64,000 nucleotides of DNA from Podarcis vaucheri (taxonomy: Eukaryota): the NCBI GenBank assembly GCA_965113315.1, contig OZ220369.1. One strand, 5' to 3'. This document shows, piece after piece, positions 12,783 through 26,249 of this stretch. The position numbers and the translations under genes are program-made. How positions within the stretch are numbered: the first letter of the stretch is position 1; each line of letters starts with the position of its first letter. The notes beneath the pieces were generated by a model that saw nothing but the letters and a program-made list of their open reading frames with translations, ran no database searches and was not told the DNA's origin.

Positions 12783-14026
12783 TATATCGTGTATATTTAC
12801 CATTTAATATAAATGAGGCATTACAGGTAGAACATCCTAAACAGAAAGTTTGCATCACTTCTCATACTTGGTGCCTTCCAGTGGAGCATGCATTCAGCTG
12901 TCTTCCATAGTATCTCAGCAACTGTGTTTAGAGAAATCAAGTGATCTCTTTGCAGGTCCTTGTGAACCATCCCTAAGTGATGGTGTTACTATCTGGTAGG
13001 CATGGAGCTTTTTGATCAGAGTAGCCAAGCTGTTCCTGGCTCCCTGAAGCATTCTTAACTGTAAAGTGCAAGCTGAACATGGTTTTGCTTTTAGGAGTAC
13101 CTCTCCATCGCCTGGGCCCTTTTTGTCAATTCACACAACGAGTTACAATTACAGCATTTCAGAAAGGAGACTTCCTAATCCTATTACTCATTCATCAACC
13201 TGCAAATGATAGCAGGAGCTCCAATCGAACAGTGGTGAAAAGAGCAACAGGAGTTGCCTGTGTTGTTGTGAATCTGGGCTTAGCTCAGGCACAGTAAGTG
13301 TGTAATCTTAAGGTTTTGTTGAGCTGAAATCCAATCACATACTTGACTGGTAGATCACAGAAAGAGAATGAGAGAGAAAGAGGGCTACCTCTCACACACA
13401 GTGCAATCCAGATTTTGTAACAAATCAACCCCTTGCCAACTTTTATACCAACTTTCCTCACAGTTTCTGGGCATGAAACACTTAATCTCAGAACAGCAAT
13501 TGGCACTGTTGTGTTTATTTATTACATTTATATGGCAACTTCAAGGATCTCAGGGTGGTATATTTGATTCTCCCAACCCCTATTTTATCCTACCTGTGAG
13601 ATAGATGAAGCAGAGAGAGAAAGGATGAAGGGCAGTTAGTGAGCTTCCTAGATGAGCTGGGATTTGAACCCTTGTCTCCCAGGTCCTAGTCTGACACTCT
13701 TGACTGCTACATCAAATAGTATCTCAAGGCTGCATGTCCCAAACAAAGTTCCCTTGGAATCTGAATAGATATCACACCTGAGTTGGAACCCTTAAGACTT
13801 GTATCCATTCACTCAGCAATTCAAATTGGCTTGAGGAAAATACAAGAATGTGAATTTCTGGATACATGGTCTCCTTTTCTTGTGCATATCAGTCCCCGAA
13901 GAAGTGAACTGCAACTACTAACCCACAATGATTTTTTGGAAGAAATACTTTTATGTACCTTGGACCATTTTGCAGCTGAACTTTATGGAAGCCAACTAAT
14001 GTAAGTGTAAGTGTAGCATTTTGGTT

Positions 14027-14053
14027 AACAACAACAACAACAACAACAACAAC
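14027..14053. repeat. (AAC)n microsatellite
   Basis: Read directly from the sequence. Confidence 0.95.
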
Positions 14054-15519
14054 ATATTAAATTTGTATACTGCTCTATACCCATAGATCTCAGAGTGGTT
14101 CACAACACAAAATTACAATATAAAAAGTACAAAAATGAATCATCACCATCACTATCCCAATATTCCCCCTTCCACAACACATTTTAAAAGGGTATTTTAA
14201 ATAAGGACCCTCACAGTTGTTGGACTAATTGGTATTTACTTATAGGATTTCTTACCTGCTCCTAAGTCCTCAGTGATTGGCAGGGATATAAGGTATCAGG
14301 TGGTCCTTACAAGTTGTTAAAAATGCTGGTCTCCATTTTGAGCCACTGTACTAGGGTGGATTAATGTTTCAGTAAAGAGATAAATGAGCAATGATTTAGT
14401 AACTGAAGACTAGAGGCTGTCGAAAGGACAAGATCCACAAGAACTTCTCAAGTTCAAGCCCAGCTGGAATAAGTGGGGTTTTCTTGCTCAGTGCCTGTTC
14501 ATTTCCATTTCATTTGCCAATGAACCTATAGAGTGCTGCCCAAAGACTCACTCTGTAGGTTTGTATTGAATAGTTTCACTTGCTTAAAGGTTCATATTAA
14601 ACATTTTTGACAGTCTGTCACTTTCTCCCAAGCTACGAGGTCCCAGTGCTCTCTGTAAGCCATTGATTTGCCAGTCGTACTGTTAGCTCTTTGTGAACAA
14701 TTAAGCTAAGGTCAGAGGTCACAATAGATCAATTTTGCTGACCGCGTTAATTTTATTTTTACTGAAAGGAACTTTTTGTCTCTTTTATCGGGAGGAAAAT
14801 TAAGCTGTTAACTGGAATTCCACCAGGCTGTCTACCCTGAAAGCCCTGAGGCTTTAGGGAATGGGTAGCAGTGGTGCTTTAAAAAAAAAAAAAGGCTCTC
14901 AGAAGGTAAATTTATTTCTTTTTTATTAAAAAGAACAATTTATGACCTATACAGTATGTCTGAGGCAGGGATCTTAACACAATGCACTGTATTTTCCCAT
15001 TGCTTTTTGAAGGCTCAACCGTGCAAAGTTTTGAGTTCCCCCCTGGAGACATACTGATTTCCTACAAATCCCCCCTTGGAGCCATTATGATCTTAGGGTG
15101 TTCAAACCACAAAAGATGTTGGCAGCCCTTGGCTTTCTCCTACTCTACTGCTTAAAGAGCCACAGAAACTGAAACGTCACAAGATTTCAAGAACGGAATC
15201 CTTTTACGCTAATGAAACAAGTCAAGCCAAATGGGGTTGCGTGTCACGGGAACACCGTATCATTATCTTAGTATCAGACTAAGTCATACTGAGAGCAAAC
15301 CCACTGAAATAAATGCACTTATGTTAGTTATGATTTCAGTGTGTATGACTGGGACTGCATTCACATGACATTTCGTTCTAGAATCAGTAGAGGTGAAGTA
15401 CTTTGCAGAGGATCTACGTCTGCCCAATGATCTTGTGAATGGACATATACCCAAACTGCAATCACTAGTTTCATTAATTGTAAGTTGCTTTGGATTGCCT
15501 CATGCAAGATAAAGAGACT

Positions 15520-15545
15520 AATAATAATAATAATAATAATAATAA
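15520..15545. repeat. (TAA)n microsatellite
   Basis: Read directly from the sequence; probably a LINE tail. Confidence 0.9.
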
Positions 15546-17776
15546 ATCACCTGCCCTCACCAAGCCTTCACCTGCTTGCCTTCTTATTTACATGCAGTCC
15601 AGCAGGTGACCCTGGCTATCAGTTTCCTCCTCTTTAGTCTCAATGTTGGTCCTGTAAATCTCAGTGGGGAGAAGGATGGGGATGAAACTAGTTAGCTGGT
15701 TCCATCTGTCAATGTCTCTGGCTCCACCTACTCTTTGGTCTCCCTGCCTTCTGCCCCACACGTCTCAATGGGCACCAGCCACCATATGCTTTTTTGAAGC
15801 CTTTCCACCACTGCAGATGGCTGAAGGAAGATACTTCAGCTTTGAATCCAGCAGAGATCAGGTGACACATGGAGCCAATAGGATTCCACATGGCCCTATA
15901 AAATTCCTGATACTAGTCTGCCTTTCTTTTTAGTTTGAGTAAGTTATTGTTCAGTCATAGACTGAGCTGCTTAACGACTAAAGCACGCAGCCCGGTATTC
16001 GAAAAGGCATGGCCCAACACACTCTTCTTAGAACCAATCTTTCCAGCTTGGAAAAGCATGTCAGCAACATGTCATTCCCTGCCATATTATTATTTGCAGA
16101 AACGAATGCAGCCCCAACCAAAGAATCACAAACAACAGCCATGTTGAAAGGAAATGATCTGCGTTATGGTTTTTAAGTAAATGATGCTCAACGAATAAAG
16201 GCCATTAGCTGCTGCCATTTACTTTGTTGAATTTAGCCAACATTACTGTGTTGATTTTAAAAGCTATCAGCTTAACTATAATAAATCCATTTGACATGTC
16301 TTTATTCCGATAAAACTTTAAGACTGCCAGTGTAGCAAATGAGATGCAAATGCTCTTTTTTATTTTAAGTATATTTAAAGCTTCCTTTTCAATGCAAATT
16401 TTACTGGAAATCCGACAAGCTAGGACAGACATCTTAGCTGTCAGCGTGCAAACGCTTTCATTTGGGTCTAGGGCTTGGGAATGGCTGGCTTTTTTTTTTT
16501 TATTCCCCTGCAGACTGAGATAATTAAAACTACAGAGAGACGGTTTTAAATATACATGATTTGGAGTTACTTAAACTGGGGGCTAATGTGGAACTGCAGG
16601 CATTAGCATTCTTGATAGGACAACAAACTGACCATACAACATACTCTGGGGCGGTGATCTCCATTGAACAATTTCTGCTTCTCTGTAAATAATGTTGTTC
16701 TCTCTTGTGATCTGCACCTGAACTAAGTATCAAGGGACAGAACCATCCCTTTGAAATGTGGTCTATGACTATCTGCTTTTTAAAAGATATATTGCTATCA
16801 ACCTGTTTTTCCCCCTTCATCTTTCCCACCCCCCTTGAAGAAAGCCCCTACCTCGACCCATGTTTTGTTTATTTTCAGTATGCAGCCTCTCTAGAATCAG
16901 TATCCACTTCAGCTCTGGTTTGCTGAAGCCTTATGAATGAGTTTATCTAAACAATGTGAATTTGCTCAGATCTCTCCAAAATCCCACATTTCTTGTGGTT
17001 GATAAAGCTGACTTTTGGTAAGAGGAGGTGGATCAGGGATGATTTAAATTTTATCACTGTGAAAGTGATAAAGGCTTTGCTATAAATAATAAGCATGCTC
17101 AAAACACCCACCCACACCATTGTCATGGGCAAACAGTTTGAATGGAGAGGGAGAAATTTGACAGGACTCACCTGCACCCCTCAATGCCCACTGCTATTGA
17201 CTTAATAAATAAATTTCTGCATATAAGAGCTGGTTCCATTTGTCACTCTCTAGTGTGATCAAGAAACAGAACCGAAGGTGGGGCTATGCAAATCAAGAGA
17301 TGGGGATATGTACAGGGAAAGATTTGATTCTCAGTGGCTTCTGGAGTAGGCTTTGGGCACACCTCAGCTGTGTTTTGCACCTCTTCCCTTTACCCCAGGG
17401 GTTGAATAACAGAATTGTAGGGTTGGAAGGGACCACAAGGGTCATCTAGTCCAACCCTTTACAATGCAGGGATCTTTCAGCCCAAGGGCCACATTTCCTT
17501 CTGGGCAACCTTCCAAAGGCTTCATGACCTTGGGTAGGACCAGAGGCAAAAGTACATGGAGCCACAAATGTAAATTTTATTTTTGTGCAGTAGGCAGGCT
17601 AGTTTCTACACACACTCCTACCCCACCTCTCTTCCACTCAGGGAAGCAAGAGGCATTATCTGAGTCTGAGGTTACATTCTCGCCCAGCCAAAACATTCAG
17701 GGTGAGAAGCAAAGAAAATGAGAGGTGTGGCCTGGGGTGAGAAGGTGTGTTTCAGGGATGGGTGTGTGGCCTAGGG

Positions 17777-18110
17777 CAGGGGTCTGCAACCTTTAAGACA
17801 AAAAGAGCCACTTGGACCCATTTCCGAAGAAAAAACAACAACCTGGGAGCCGCAAAACCATTGTGACATTTAAAGCATGCGCGCCGCTGCCCTCTGGTCT
17901 GACAGCGGGCGGGAAGGTGACGTTGGGACGGTGTGTGACTAACGCACGCACCGCCCCCATGCGACATCACAGCCAGTACAGTGCCCGCCACAGTGGGGAG
18001 TGTCGGGGCGCACAATGGGCCTCCTCCCCTCGCTAGTATCCGCCGCGGAGTCGCGGCAAAGGTGTAAAAGAGCCACGTGCGGCTCCGGAGCCGCAGGTTG
18101 CAGACCCCTG
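17777..18110. mobile_element. hAT MITE, 334 bp, nested in an older hAT-like element (about 17478-18178)
   Basis: Perfect 16-bp TIR CAGGGGTCTGCAACCT / AGGTTGCAGACCCCTG; perfect TSD GCCTAGGG (17769-17776 / 18111-18118); CpG-rich interior. Confidence 0.93.
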
Positions 18111-19041
18111 GCCTAGGGAGAGTTCTGAGAGAGTAGGCAGGCCGGTTTTGGCCCAGGGTCTAAGGTTCTCCACCCTGCTTAACCACATTTGAGTGAATTA
18201 TTGCTGTTCCCTCCTATGGGGAAAATACAAGTCCTGCTTTTGAAATCAAGGTGCCTTTCTGTGTGTAGCCCTTACTGCAATTTCATGGGGGTTGCAATAT
18301 GTCTCCCTGAGTACTCTACAGTATACAGTGCTCCCTTCCCTCCCATGCACCCTCCCACCACACTGCCCATCCTGACAATGGGCTTTTAAGGTCAGATAGA
18401 ACGTATTTGTGTCAACTACAGGTCGCAACAACAGCAACAGAAATAATCAGGAGATACAGCATGCAGATTTTCATCACCAAACACAGTCATTTGGCAGACA
18501 TCTTTCGAGTCTAGAATAAAAGGAAAAGAGAAGATGAGACGAAATAATAATAAGCTGCTCCGGGGGTGCAGCTGTCTGAAAAAGAAAACAAGTTACAAAG
18601 ATTCCGCAAGTGGAATAAGTTATGTACAGTGACGAGATTTGCATAAGTACATTTGAATCCTTTGTGCCATTTCACAATGTGGGATTTGGATTTTCTGTAT
18701 TGGTTATAATATTTGCATTGTGGGGGTGTAAGAAGTAAGGCCTGGGATGTGGAGGAATTGTGAACTGGAACACATCCTTAGGATCCCCTGATGCTGTTTG
18801 CTCATCCCTGTTTGCCAGCCAGGGAGTCAGTGACCAAGTGGGCAGTAGCACCTAGTGCTCCTCTTTCTGCTACTCCTGCCCATCACAGTGGTCTGGGTCA
18901 GAGGTGAAGTGTGGGTGTATAAGCTGAAGAGAAGAAGCAGGCATGGGGTATTCTCAATGGACCCCCAGATGGTGCATGGGCCCTCAGCAAATGCTTGGCC
19001 ATTTTGACCCTGATTATTTATACATAACTACCAACTCTACA

Positions 19042-19396
19042 GGGACGAGCATGGCGTTGTGAGTTAAACCACAGAGCCTAGGACTTGCTGATCAGAAGGT
19101 TGGCAGTTCAAATCCCCACAACGGGGTGAACTCCCGTTGCTCGGTCCCTGCTCCTGCCAACCTAGCAGTTCAAAAGCACGTCAAAGTGCAAGTAGATAAA
19201 TAGATACCACTCCGGTGGGAAGGTAAACAGCGTTTCCGTGCACTGCTCTGGTTCCCCAGAAGCGGCTTAGTCATGCTGGCCACACGATCCGGAAGCTGTA
19301 CACCGGCTCCCTCGGCCAATAAAGCGAGATGAGCGCCGCAACCCCAGAGTCGGTCACGACTGGACCTAATGGTCAGGGGTCCCTGTACCTTTACCT
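19042..19396 (+). mobile_element. Sauria SINE, full length
   Basis: GGGACG... head and ACCTTTACCT tail; perfect 12-bp TSD TACCAACTCTAC (19029-19040 / 19397-19408). Confidence 0.93.
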
Positions 19397-20407
19397 TACC
19401 AACTCTACTTCGCCTGCTGTATTAATTTATTTATTAAAATGCTTTTCTACTACTGTGCCTTCTAAAGCGACATTGAGGCAGGGCAGGGACAATAATAAAA
19501 TAAATGGAAAGCCATAGAAACCACAAACCAAGGATAAGAAATCCAAGTAATACAGAGCCCATTGTAACTGGCACACTGCCCCAACCCAATTGGATGGCCA
19601 GAAAAGGCTTGTGTGAAGATTTACATCTTATGAGGGCAGATCTACACTATACATCAGAAGCAACTGCAATGCACATTTAAAGCACACAACTTCCCCCAAA
19701 GAATCCCAGGAACAGTTGCTTCCCCTTCACAGAGGTGCCATTACCAGCAACCTTTACAAACTACAGTTGCCAACAGCTTTTGATTTTAGCAAGAAAAGAA
19801 AAGAAAAAGAAAACAACTTAATGTATATTTTATTGTTTTTATATTGTAATTTAATGTTGTGACCTGCCCTGAGATCTATGGATAAAGGGCAGTATGCAAA
19901 TTTAATAAATAATAGTAATAATAATATTTTTTATTAAATTGTTTTTAAAGAAAAGGATATTCCAATAAGCCAAAAACCCTCCCCCATGTATTTTCTACAC
20001 ATAATGTTTCATTACCAGACAATTATGTCACTTTCAGACACCCTGATTAATTGAGCGTTTTGTGAGGCTAATACATTTAAATTTCTAAACTCCAGAATGA
20101 GGCTCTGTAATTGTACAATTATGCATTCATTTAGATTTTCTTTATATATGTGTATAAAAAAAGAAATAACTAATCATGAGTGACCAAAAACTGGGTAGGG
20201 GAGGTAGGATTTATTTTCCTCCTCCTGGGTGGGTGCTAAATCATGAAATTGCATCTCTTTTGACAGGTCGCTCTGGCTGGGTTGCTAAGCTGTCCTTTCA
20301 AACAGACCACTTCAACTTTGTTCATCACTGTATGAATCCTTTTCATGTGGGGCTATCCCAATTCCTAGTTTATATTTCTGCAGTAGAAGCAAAGTCCAAT
20401 TCATTTA

Positions 20408-20537
20408 TTGTGGAAGGCACAGTATCCGCATTGTAGAAGGCAAACTATCATTACCGTGGAAAGCAAAGTACCACAGGAGGCAGAATATTTTTGTAGAAGG
20501 CAGGATACAAAGTGTATATTGCATAAGGCAAAGTATC
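20408..20537. repeat. Degenerate ~23-bp tandem repeat (consensus TTGTRGAAGGCAAAGTATC)
   Basis: Units start at 20408, 20431, 20454, 20491 and 20519. Confidence 0.7.
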
Positions 20538-20621
20538 ATTGGGCTGTGTCTGGTGTTCCCTGTCCACTAGTGCATGGACTGTTGTGCTATTGGATGAGTT
20601 AGCTTTGATGCTGCAGACCAG

Positions 20622-20817
20622 AGGAATCCAACGCAGTAGCTGCACTGGTGGAAAACCGTGGCACAACAGATTACTCAATCTGTTGTGCAGCCAAGTGACT
20701 AGCGACTTGCTTATGCATTTTCTTGAGCAACAACGTTCCACTGGTGCAAAACATTTGACCAGCAGAACAAGTATACTGGTGAGTGACTATAACTTAGCAG
20801 TGCATTGGATACAGGCC
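20622..20817. mobile_element. Old palindromic MITE-like remnant
   Basis: ATCCAACGCA.../...TGCATTGGATAC ends, internal TGCACTGGTGGAA / TTCCACTGGTGCA arms, and a perfect 12-bp stem at 20661-20688. Confidence 0.5.
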
Positions 20818-22644
20818 ATTATTGGGGAAGGCAAGCTGAAAAGTTTTCAGCATTGCTGACGACAAAGTATTACTGTTCTTACAGAAGGCCAAGCAGCCAG
20901 GAAGAGTTGCATTAGCTCTTGCTATCCCGCTGTCCAGATCAGCTGCATCACAACACCCAATGTCAAGCTTTGTGTTAACATGTAACAAAAGCCCCAACCA
21001 TTCCTGGTTGACAGGACTTTACCCATGTAGTAATAAATACGCCTGAATTATTGATGGCAATCGCCACTAATATTATTATGACCTCAATTAAGTGCTTTCC
21101 CCCTCCCTTTCTCCCAGGCACATTAGCAACAAAAGACCAAGGCTTTGCTCGCTGCTCCTTTCTTGCTGGCCCACTTTCCATTAAAATCGAATTGATCAAA
21201 CGTATTTGCCATTTCACCGTGAGTGGATAACTCTAATGGGTAATCTATCAGCATGGGGCTCCCTCAGTAAAGCTATTAACACCTTTTGTTGTTTGTCTCC
21301 CGTTTTTGAAACGTGCTGAGAGGTTCAAAAAGCCAAGACCCTCCAATCTGTTCGGGATTGGCGAGAGCTGCGACTCTTTGGGCCTTCCTTAATTACCGGC
21401 ATTTTGTCTACTCCACTGCGATCCATCTACACGACCACAAGCCGGTGTCGTGCTTCTGATAGCAAGTCCGTCTTTTTTTATTTACCGATGAAAACAACAG
21501 AGATGGCTAAATTAAAGCTGATTAGGAAATTGGCTGCATCATGGTTTGCCACATGAGGCAGGTTCCAGAGATGTGAGCTGCCATATTTACACCTTTCCAC
21601 ACCAACCAACCACCCATCCTCAAGCACTTGGCTTGAGTCTTTGCCACCAAAGTTGAAGTCACTCAGCAGCGAGGCAAAGAAATGGAGGTTTCCTGTCCTT
21701 TGGCAAGTTGGCAAATTGCATTAGTTACAGAGGGTACATGTGTAAAGTACAGCTCAGTGGTTTGTTTGGCATAGGCGGTGGGATTCTCTGAAAGGGCTCA
21801 GGGAGTGAGTTTCTGGGGGCAGATTGTACAGCGTGTACCCTTTGAAATCCAAGAGAATTGCACTCATTAAAATAAAAGGAATGGCTAACGAAAAAAGATG
21901 ATGGGTGCATAAACAAAGGCCCAGACGTGGAAGGCTCCGGTGTCAACAGAAGATGATGTGTTTCCTGACTGGTTTAAGAGATTGAAGTCAAATTCTTATG
22001 ATTGTTTTAGACACACACAACTGTAGTGTCTGGTAGCATAGAATTGTACAATGCACCTGTAACAGCAATTTCACCTGCTCTTACTTAGGAGTGAGTCTGA
22101 TGGATTTCAATGTACGATTGGGTGGTGAGATGAGGTGAGGAGGTATGTTGGGAAGTGAGGCTTGCTAGTGGCTATTTTTTTCACATTGTTCCCTTTACTT
22201 GCCAAGCTTGAGTGGAAATGTGCTTAATTATAATTCTGTGGATAACCAAAGCTCAGAACATATGACAAAACGTATGATTAACTTCTGTATTTCCTACCAA
22301 TAGAGTGGACTTCTGGGGCATTGTGCACGACCCCCCTGCCAAAAAAACAAAACAAAAACCGTGCCACAAAGAACAAGAACCATGACATCTTTATAGAAGC
22401 AGCCATTTTCCACACCTTGTGCCCTGGAAAGGGAATAATCTTTTGGGTCATAGCAGAAAACAAAGATGACTGCCAGTCAATTCTCCTGTCTGAAAGCCTC
22501 TTCCAGTCATTGTGGACAGTACTGAGCTGGGTGGGCCAATGGTTTGACTCAATACAAGGCAGTTTCCTATGCAGTTATGAGTGACTGGCTGCTGGTGTGG
22601 AAGCTGCTGTAATGTGACTCTTCTTTGAGCACCAATGCTCTTCC

Positions 22645-22910
22645 TAAGGACATAATAAGAGTTCATCCAACTCAGCATCCTTTTCACACAGTGGTCAGCC
22701 AGATGCCCACGAGAAGCCCCAAAGCAGGACCTCAACACAACAGCACTCTGCCCACGGGATTCCCAGGAACTGGTGTTCAGAAGCACATTACTCCTGATAG
22801 CCGAGGTAGAACACAGTCACCATGGCTAGAAGTCATGGACAGCCCTATCCTCTACAAATCCTCCTTTAAAAGTAATCCATGTTGATAGCCATCCATATTT
22901 CCTGTGGAAG
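22645..22910 (-). mobile_element. CR1 3' fragment
   Basis: Reverse complement of the CR1 3' UTR family seen at 26600-26912. Confidence 0.65.
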
Positions 22911-23269
22911 CTCCACTTCTTCTGCACCATACTATGTCTGTTGTACTTCTACACTACTCCTGGAATGGAGAAGAACTGTGCAGTAAAGACTCTTCATGTG
23001 TGATTTAGAGCTTCTTGCATTATAATCATGGGGGGTAAGAAAGAACACTGAGTTTTGCTGTCTTGAGAATTGTTACATGGTGGGACAACACTTGATGGAA
23101 TGCTGGCTTTGTTTTGTTTTCCTGGGGAGAGCTCCACACTATCTGCTTTCCTAACGGGACCAATTGGGGACTTTAAACAAACGAGGCTCACTTTTAGTCA
23201 ATTTGTATACTGGGTTACAGAGTTGCAGGAGACAGCTCATCCATTCTATCTTCTTTTCTGAAGTGGTGA

Positions 23270-23583
23270 CACTAGCGTAGCGGGGGGGGGGCACACACTG
23301 GGTGGCCACTTACCATGGAGGTGGCACTTACTGTGGTGCCTGCAGTGTTCCCGAGCCATGCGTCTCTCCTGGGAATGACACAGTGGCTCGGGCGCCTGCA
23401 GGCATCATGCCACTGCAAAGGTGGTGTGGGGTTTGCATATGCCCGCTGCCTCCACCTCAGCTGGAGGGCTGCTGACAGGGAGGCAGCAGGTGGAGTGGAC
23501 TCCATGCAGGCTCTGAATCTGCACTGCACATTCTGCCCCAGCTCGCCCAGCCCCAGGCACCCGAGCAGCTACCAACGCCATTG
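23270..23583. mobile_element. Older hAT-like MITE, 314 bp
   Basis: Degenerate TIR CACTAGCGT / ACGCCATTG; 8-bp TSD AGTGGTGA / AGTGGAGA (7 of 8); GC-rich interior. Confidence 0.65.
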
Positions 23584-23627
23584 AGTGGAGATGCTCCAAC
23601 TGGACCTCATGCAGGGAAGCCCACCTA

Positions 23628-23724
23628 CTTCCTCCTCCTCCTTCTCCTCCTTCTTATTCTCCTTCTTCCTCCTCCTCTTCCTCTTCTTCTCCCCCCCTTT
23701 CCTCTTCCTCTTCCTTTTCTCTTT
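23628..23724. repeat. Polypyrimidine (CCT/CTT) low-complexity tract
   Basis: About 97 nt containing a single purine. Confidence 0.95.
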
Positions 23725-24347
23725 AGGCATTTAAGGGACGGGTGAACATACATCACTAAACAACAGAGGACTGCTCACTTAGTGCTGCCTTGCAATATTG
23801 ATGGAGGTGACATTTCAACTAGCGTCGTCTTAATACAGTCTGTCATTCATATGCCGTCTGGAGACCAAAATCAATAAAGAGTGAGAATGGACTTCCGCAG
23901 TTGGTAGAAGAGGGAGAATAATAAGGAAAATAAAGCTGTAGCTGGAGTGAGGATTTTTGCATCCAGACCTGCTGTTTCAAAGTTGTTATTGTTTTTGCAA
24001 ATGTTAACGATGACTGAACACCAACCCAGCCAGGAGCAAATGCTGTTTTCTATTTTGTAGCCAATTCAGTGACGGTCTGGGAAGATTCACACACCTGTTG
24101 TTGCATATCTGGGCATGAGCTTTGGATTTCATCAGCCACTTCCAGTTCTTTGAGGCCTACATTACAGCATGCTAAAAGGATAATGTGATTGGGTTTTTAG
24201 TCCTTGGAGCAACCTTCGTAGCCCCAAATGAGCCTTGGAGATTTAAGTGTCTTGGCTATGTAAGTGGCAAGGGAGTGTCACTGGATCTCAGGAGTACTTC
24301 ACTGTCAGATTTTCACTCACTCACTCACTCACTCACTCACACAAACC

Positions 24348-24562
24348 TTATAGAATCATAGAGCTGTAAAGTTGGAAGATACCTCAAGGGTCAACTAATC
24401 CACCCCCCTGCAATGCAGGAATTTCAACGAAAGCATCCATGAAAGATGACCATCAAGCTTCTGCTTAAACACCACCAAGGAAGGAGTTCCCATAACTTTC
24501 CATGGCAGTCTGTTCCACTGTCAAACCACCCTCACTGCCAGAAATTTGTTCCTGGTGTTTAA
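24348..24562 (-). mobile_element. CR1 3' end
   Basis: ATAGAATCATAGAG is the reverse complement of the CR1 (ATTCTATG)n tail, followed by CR1 3' UTR. Confidence 0.8.
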
Positions 24563-24600
24563 ATATCCATCATAAATCTAGGGACATAGGAAGCTGCCAT

Positions 24601-24796
24601 TTTCTTCTAGAAGCTCAAGGTGGCATACATGGTTCTTCCCCATGTCATTTAATCCTCAGAACAACCCTTTGAAGTAGGTTAGGCTGAGGAGCAGTGACTG
24701 GCCCAAAGTCAACCATTGAGCTTCATGGCCAAGTGGAGATTTGAACCCTGGTCTCCCAGGTCCTAGGCCAAAACTCTAACCACTACACCACACTGG
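24601..24796 (-). mobile_element. tRNA-derived MIR/CORE-like SINE (Squam3-type)
   Basis: Minus strand begins CCAGTGTGGTGTAGTGGTTAGAG with B box GGTTCAAATC. Confidence 0.8.
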
Positions 24797-26249
24797 GATG
24801 GTCAAGCAGAACTGTTCCCCTCTATGGGGAAGCTTGCTCATGCAGTAGCCACACAGGAGCACATGGGGAATCTCTTGTATAGGCTAGGTAAGTCCTCCTG
24901 GCAGTGTTGTATCACTGTGCGTCTATGGGCCCCTTCATAGAAACACAACTTTCCAGTCCAAATGGAAACTGCAAATGCTTTTGGGGATGGCGCGTTGCGT
25001 GAGCAAGAGTCAGAGAAAGAAAAGTGTCCCTTTTCAGGGAGGGAGGGGGAGGAACCAGTCATAAGGTACAGCTGGGGAAAGATCATTAAGGGACGCACCG
25101 AAGCAGGTCACATCTGTGATTGAATACTCCATCTTTTTAGTACCCCACTGCTGTGTTTACTGCTCTTTAATGTGGCATTGTTTACTCACAATTAAACTCT
25201 TTACCATTAATTTAACTTTCAGATGTTGAATTGGTCACACAGATTCAAATCCCAAGGCTCGGACAGATGTGTTCTATACACTTGTTTAAACACGGCTCTC
25301 ATTAGGAAGTAATGCATGTACGGCAAGCTGATTACACCACAAAGCAGGGCGCTTTATCATGGGGGGGGGGCTCTTGGGAGGCCTTGGCAAGTTTGTCAGC
25401 TGCTGCTGTTCCTCTTCTGCCGCTTGCATAATGAGTGACAGGAAGGCTCCAGGCCTACGAGAGCTGAAAGATAGGAGCTGCATTGCTTCAGCCACAGCCT
25501 GTCCCCCCCCCCACCGCCACCGCCATTCACTCTCCCTCCACCCCCCAGACGAAAGCTGTAGAGCTGCTGGGATAGGAAACATTAATTGTTGTCGGCCTAC
25601 ATTTCACACCAAAGATAACAAATGTTTGCAACCAAGGCACTGTTTAAGGGAGATAAACAAGCCTGCCCCCTCCTTCCCTGGTTCTCCCCCCCCATTCAAC
25701 CCCGTGTAATTAAGCACAGCCTGCCAATTGAATCAAGATGTTTGCTAGAATATAGAAGTTGTGAACCCGTTAAGGGACAGGCATGGCTAGGAAATATTCC
25801 TGGGTACAGGTTCTTGATAGGTTCAAGTAGGTTTCGGAACCTGGCCCTGCTGTTTTGTGTGCTGCTTTTCCCCCCAGAATTGTTTTATTTATTTATTGTG
25901 TGCAGTAAAGGATTTAGGACTGCAACTGTTGTTTTGTAGACAAATTGCCAGGGACACATTGGCCCCAGAGAGAGAGAGAAAGAGATACACACACAAAAAT
26001 CAGTGAGTCGTATCTGTCAGTGGTTTTTAAGATGTCACAAGTTTCTAACTTTCAAAAAACTTTACACCGGGTATTTTGGTCACGGTGTTTGCTTGAGAAA
26101 CATAAAAGCAATAGAGCTTCAGGCAGCATACGAAGCATTGGAATTGGGTATGGAAGGTATGGAATTGGGTCACCAAAATTGTCTTCAAGGAAGAAGACAG
26201 CGGTAAAAAGGTAACCATTTAAGGCTTACTTGAATCTAAGAGCTGAAGC

